Source: Heterodontus francisci (Eukaryota). From it: a stretch of 64,000 nucleotides of DNA. The translations under genes and the position numbers were made by a program. The stretch is taken from NCBI RefSeq assembly GCF_036365525.1, contig NC_090389.1, positions 78,828,179 through 78,892,178 of the forward strand. Direction: 5' to 3'. A model generated the notes under the pieces. The model did not search any database. It was not told the origin of the DNA and saw only the letters and a list, made by a program, of their open reading frames with translations. Every line of letters starts with the position of its first letter. Positions within the stretch are counted from its first letter, which is position 1. This document shows, in pieces, positions 58,601 through 64,000 of this stretch.

Positions 58601-61600
58601 TTTTCTCTCGTTCTCTCTCGTTCTCTGGTTTTCTCTCGTTCTCTATCGTTCTCTGGTTTTCTCTCTCGCTCTCGTTCTCTGGTTTTCTCTCTCGCTCTCG
58701 TTCTCTGGTTTTCTCTCTCGCTCTCGTTCTCTGGTTTTCTCTCTCGCTCTCGTTCTCTGGTTTTCTCTCTCGCTCTCGTTCTCTGGTTTTCTCTCTCGCT
58801 TTCGTTCTCTGGTTTTCTCTCTCGCTCTCGTTCTCTCGTTCTCTGGTTTTCTCTCGTTCTCTGGTTTTCTCTCTCGCTCTCGTTCTCTGGTTTTCTCTCT
58901 CGCTCTCGTTCTCTGGTTTTCTCTCTCGCTCTCGTTCTCTGGTTTTCTCTCTCGCTCTCGTTCTCTGGTTTTCTCTCTCGCTTTCGTTCTCTGGTTTTCT
59001 CTCTCGCTCTCGTTCTCTCGTTCTCTGGTTTTCTCTCGTTTTCTCTCGTTCTCTCTCTCGTTCTCTCTCTCGTTTTCTCTCTCGTTTTCTCTCTCGTTTT
59101 CTCTCTCGTTTTCTCTCTCGCTCTCGTTCTCTGGTTTTCTCTCTCGCTCTCGTTCTCTCTCGTTTTCTCTCTCGCTCTCGTTCTCTGGTTTTCTCTCTCG
59201 CTCTCGTTCTCTGGTTTTCTCTCGTTCTCTCTCGCTCTCGTTCTCTGGTTTTCTCTCGTTCTCTCTCGTTCTCTCGTTCTCATTCTCGGGTTTGCTCACG
59301 CTCTCTCGTACTCTCTCGTTTTCTCTCTCGTTTTCTCTCTCGTTTTCTCTCTCGTTTTCTCTCTCGTTTTCTCTCTCGTTTTCTCTCTCGTTTTCTCTCT
59401 CGTTTTCTCTCTCGTTTTCTCTCTCGTTTTCTCTCTCGTTTTCTCTCTCGTTCGCTCTGGTTTGCTCTCGTTCTCTCGTTCTCATTCTCGGGTTTGCTCG
59501 CGCGCTCTCATTCTCTGGTTCTCTCTCGTTCTCTGGTTTTCTCTCGTTCTCTCTCGCTCTCTGGTTTTTTCTCTCGTTCTCTCTGGTTTTTTCTCTCGTT
59601 CTCTCTGGTTTTTTCTCTCGTTCTCTCTGGTTTTTTCTCTCGTTCTCTCTGGTTTTCTCTCTCGTTCTCTCTGGTTTTCTCTCTCGTTCTCTCTGGTTTT
59701 CTCTCTCGTTCTCTCTGGTTTTCTCTCTGGTTTTCTCTCTCGTTCTCTCTGGTTTTCTCTCTCGTTCTCTCTCTCGTTCTCTCTCTCGTTCTCTCTCTCG
59801 TTCTCTCTCTCGTTCTCTCTCTCGTTCTCTCTCTCGTTCTCTCTCTCGTTCTCTCTCTCGTTCTCTCTGGTTTTCTCTCTCGTTCTCATTCTCTGGTTTG
59901 CTCTCGTTCACTCTGGTTTTCTCTCTCGTTCTCTCTGGTTTTCTCTCTCGTTCTCATTCTCTGGTTTGCTCTCGTTCACTCTGGTCTTCTCTCTTGTTCT
60001 CTAGTTTTCTCTCTCGTTCGCTCTGGTTTTCTCTCTCGTTTTCTTTCGTTCTCGTTCTCTGGTTTTCTCTCTCGTTCGCTCTGGTTTTCTCTCGTTCTCG
60101 TTCTCTGGTTTTCTCTCTCGTTCGCTCTGGTTTTCTCTCGTTCTCATTCTCTGGTTTGCTCTCGTTCTCTCTGGTTTTCTCTCTCGTTCTCATTCTCTGG
60201 TTTGCTCTCGTTCTCTCTGGTTTTCTCTCTGGTTTTCTCTCTCGTTCTCATTCTCTGGTTTGCTCTCGCTCTCGCTCTCTCGTTCTCTCTCTTGTTCTCG
60301 GGTTTGCTCTCGTTTGCTCGTTCGCTCGCTCTCGTTCTCTCTGGTTTTCTCTCGTTCTCATTCTCTGGTTCGCTCTCGCTCTCTGGTTTTGCTCTCGGTC
60401 TCTCGCTCTCGCTCTCTGGTTTTGCTCTCGGTCTCTCGCTCTCATTCTCTGGTTTTCTCTCGGTCTCTCTCGTTCTCGTTCTCTGCTTTTCTCTCGGTCT
60501 CTCTCGTTCTCGTTCTCTGCTTTTCTCTCGGTCTCTCTCGTTCTCGTTCTCTGCTTTTCTCTCGGTCTCTCTCGTTCTCTGGTTTTCTCTCGGTCACTCT
60601 CGCTCTCATTCTCTGGTTTTCTCTCTCGCTCTCGTTCTCTGGTTTTCTCTCTCGCTCTCGTTCTCTGGTTTTCTCTCTCGCTCTCGTTCTCTGGTTTTCT
60701 CTCTCGCTCGCGTTCTCTGGTTTTCTCTCTCGTTCTCTGGTTTTCTCTCTCGTTCTCGTTCTCTGGTTTTCTCTCTCGCTCTCGTTCTCTGGTTTTCTCT
60801 CTCGCTCTCGTTCTCTGGTTTTCTCTCTCGCTCTCGTTCTCTGGTTTTCTCTCTCGCTCTCGTTCTCTGGTTTTCTCTCTCGCTCTCGTTCTCTGGTTTT
60901 CTCTCTCGCTCTCGTTCTCTGGTTTTCTCTCTCGCTCTCTCTCGTTCTCTGGTTTTCTCTCTCGCTCTCTCTCGTTCTCTGGTTTTCTCTCTCGCTCTCT
61001 CTCGTTCTCTGGTTTTCTCTCTCGCTCTCTCTCGTTCTCTGGTTTTCTCTCTCGCTCTCTCTCGTTCTCTGGTTTTCTCTCTCGCTCTCTCTCGTTCTCT
61101 GGTTTTGCTCTCGGCTCTCTCGTTCTCGTTCTCTCGTTTTGCTCTCGGTCTCTCTCGTTCTCGTTCTCTGGTTTTCTCTCGGTCTCTCTCGCTCTCGTTC
61201 TCTGGTTTTCTCTCGGTCTCTCTCGCTCTCGTTCTCTGGTTTTCTCTCGGTCTCTCTCGCTCTCGTTCTCTGGTTTTCTCTCTGTCTCTCTCGCTCTCGT
61301 TCTCTGGTTTTCTCTCGGTCTCTCTCGCTCTCGTTCTCTGGTTTTCTCTCGGTCTCTCTCGCTCGTTCTCTGGTTTTCTCTCTCGCTCTCGTTCTCTGGT
61401 TTTCTCTCTCGCTCTCGTTCTCTGGTTTTCTCTCTCGCTCTCGTTCTCTGGTTTTTTCTCTCGCTCTCGTTCTCTGGTTTTCTCTCGTTCTCTCTCGCTC
61501 TCGTTCTCTGGTTTTCTCTCGTTCTCTCTCGCTCTCGTTCTCTCGTTTTGCTCTCGGTCTCTCTCGTTCTCGTTCTCTGGTTTTCTCTCGGTCTCTCTCG

Positions 61601-64000
61601 TTCTCGTTCTCTGGTTTTCTCTCGGTCTCTCTCGCTCTCGTTCTCTGGTTTTCTCTCGGTCACTCTCGCTTTCGTTCTCTGGTTTTCTCTCGTTCTCTCT
61701 CACTCGTTCTCTGGTTTTCTCTCTCGCTCTCGTTCTCTGGTTTTCTCTCGCTCTCGTTCTCTGGTTTTCTCTCTCGCTCTCGTTCTCTGGTTTTCTCTCT
61801 CGCTCTCGTTCTCTGGTTTTCTCTCTCGCTCTCGTTCTCTGGTTTTCTCTCTCGCTCGCGTTCTCTGGTTTTCTCTCTCGTTCTCTGGTTTTCTCTCTCG
61901 TTCTCGTTCTCTGGTTTTCTCTCTCGCTCTCGTTCTCTGGTTTTCTCTCTCGCTCTCGTTCTCTGGTTTTCTCTCTCGCTCTCGTTCTCTGGTTTTCTCT
62001 CTCGCTCTCGTTCTCTGGTTTTCTCTCTCGCTCTCGTTCTCTGGTTTTCTCTCTCGCTCTCGTTCTCTGGTTTTCTCTCTCGCTCTCTCTCGTTCTCTGG
62101 TTTTCTCTCTCGCTCTCTCTCGTTCTCTGGTTTTCTCTCTCGCTCTCTCTCGTTCTCTGGTTTTCTCTCTCGCTCTCTCTCGTTCTCTGGTTTTCTCTCT
62201 CGCTCTCTCTCGTTCTCTGGTTTTCTCTCTCGCTCTCTCTCGTTCTCTGGTTTTGCTCTCGGCTCTCTCGTTCTCGTTCTCTCGTTTTGCTCTCGGTCTC
62301 TCTCGTTCTCGTTCTCTGGTTTTCTCTCGGTCTCTCTCGCTCTCGTTCTCTGGTTTTCTCTCGGTCTCTCTCGCTCTCGTTCTCTGGTTTTCTCTCGGTC
62401 TCTCTCGCTCTCGTTCTCTGGTTTTCTCTCTGTCTCTCTCGCTCTCGTTCTCTGGTTTTCTCTCGGTCTCTCTCGCTCTCGTTCTCTGGTTTTCTCTCGG
62501 TCTCTCTCGCTCGTTCTCTGGTTTTCTCTCTCGCTCTCGTTCTCTGGTTTTCTCTCTCGCTCTCGTTCTCTGGTTTTCTCTCTCGCTCTCGTTCTCTGGT
62601 TTTCTCTCTCGCTCTCGTTCTCTGGTTTTCTCTCGTTCTCTCTCGCTCTCGTTCTCTGGTTTTCTCTCGTTCTCTCTCGCTCTCGTTCTCTCGTTTTGCT
62701 CTCGGTCTCTCTCGTTCTCGTTCTCTGGTTTTCTCTCGGTCTCTCTCGTTCTCGTTCTCTGGTTTTCTCTCGGTCTCTCTCGCTCTCGTTCTCTGGTTTT
62801 CTCTCGGTCACTCTCGCTTTCGTTCTCTGGTTTTCTCTCGTTCTCTCTCACTCGTTCTCTGGTTTTCTCTCTCGCTCTCGTTCTCTGGTTTTCTCTCGCT
62901 CTCGTTCTCTGGTTTTCTCTCTCGCTCTCGTTCTCTGGTTTTCTCTCTCGCTCTCGTTCTCTGGTTTTCTCTCTCGCTCTCGTTCTCTGGTTTTCTCTCT
63001 CGCTCTCGTTCTCTGGTTTTCTCTCTCGCTCTCGTTCTCTGGTTTTCTCTCTCGCTCTCGTTCTCTGGTTTTCTCTCTCGCTCTCGTTCTCTGGTTTTCT
63101 CTCTCGCTCTCGTTCTCTGGTTTTCTCTCTCGCTCTCGTTCTCTGGTTTTCTCTCTCGCTCTCGTTCTCTGGTTTTCTCTCTCGCTCTCGTTCTCTGGTT
63201 TTCTCTCTCGCTCTCGTTCTCTGGTTTTCTCTCTCGCTCTCGTTCTCTGGTTTTCTCTTTCTCTCTCGCTCTCGTTCTCTGGTTTTCTGGTTTTCTCTCG
63301 TTTTCTCTCGTTTTCTCTCTCGTTTTCTCTCTGGTTTTCTCTCTCGCTCTCGTTCTCTGGTTTTCTCTCTCGCTCTCGTTCTCTGGTTTTCTCTCTCGCT
63401 CTCGTTCTCTGGTTTTCTCTCTCGTTCTCGTTCTCTGGTTTTCTCTCTCGCTCTCGTTCTCTGGTTTTCTCTCTCGCTCTCGTTCTCTGGTTTTCTCTCG
63501 TTCTCTCTCGCTCTCGTTCTCTGGTTTTCTCTCGTTCTCTCTCGTTCTCTCGTTCTCATTCTCGGGTTTGCTCACGCTCTCTCGTACTCTCTCGTACTCT
63601 CTCGTTTTCTCTCTCGTTTTCTCTCTCGTTTTCTCTCTCGTTTTCTCTCTCGTTTTCTCTCTCGTTTTCTCTCTCGTTTTCTCTCTCGTTTTCTCTCTCG
63701 TTCGCTCTGGTTTGCTCTCGTTCTCTCGTTCTCATTCTCGGGTTTGCTCGCGCGCTCTCATTCTCTGGTTCTCTCTCGTTCTCTGGTTTTCTCTCGTTCT
63801 CTCTCGTTCTCTCTGGTTTTTTCTCTCGTTCTCTCTGGTTTTTTCTCTCGTTCTCTCTGGTTTTTTCTCTCGTTCTCTCTGGTTTTTTCTCTCGTTCTCT
63901 CTGGTTTTCTCTCTCGTTCTCTCTGGTTCTCTCTCTCGTTCTCTCTCTCGTTCTCTCTCTCGTTCTCTCTCTCGTTCTCATTCTCTGGTTTGCTCTCGTT

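Larger units (their letters stand above)
28761..64000. repeat. Giant complex polypyrimidine (CT/TCG) satellite with nested mini- and higher-order repeats; continues beyond the window
   Basis: + strand is almost only C/T/G with very few A; local units CTCTCG, TTCTCTCTCGCCCTCG (16), GGTCCCTCTCTGTCTC (16), CGCTCTCGTTCTCTGGTTTTCTCTCT (26) and a 30-mer; ten N runs. Confidence 0.97.

Noticed and set aside
30928-63981. RE/RS-repeat minus-strand ORFs resembling SR or RERE proteins
   Set aside because: The minus strand nearly lacks T, so stops are rare; unit lengths of 16, 26, 854 and 1148 are not multiples of three; no domains or splice context.

Overview
Vertebrate genomic DNA; the repeat complement (HE1-like V-SINE, CR1, RTE, L2, Penelope, Deu-type SINEs) points to a cartilaginous fish. 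The + strand carries the last two coding exons of TRAIP (492-542, 1202-1318, ending in a PIP box), separated by a U12-type GT-AG intron. About 21 kb downstream is one exon (22515-22581, MDANGNSAEIDEGLYSRQL) of a UBA1/UBA7-family E1 enzyme, most likely UBA7 given the TRAIP->UBA7 order in human. ISRE/ETS/GAS-like motifs lie upstream of it. The rest of 1-28.7 kb is nested retroelement debris with readable history: a 320-nt hammerhead-ribozyme-bearing Penelope/retrozyme-like element in inverted arrangement, a triply duplicated target site, an RTE LINE with a twin-priming-type 5' inversion, and a local templated insertion. From ~28761 to the window end is a >=35 kb, strand-asymmetric, CpG-rich, nearly A-free (CT/TCG) satellite with higher-order duplications and ten N gaps, apparently inside the E1 gene intron. 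The giant S/L/R and R/E ORFs there are compositional artefacts. All calls are by eye; no searches were run.
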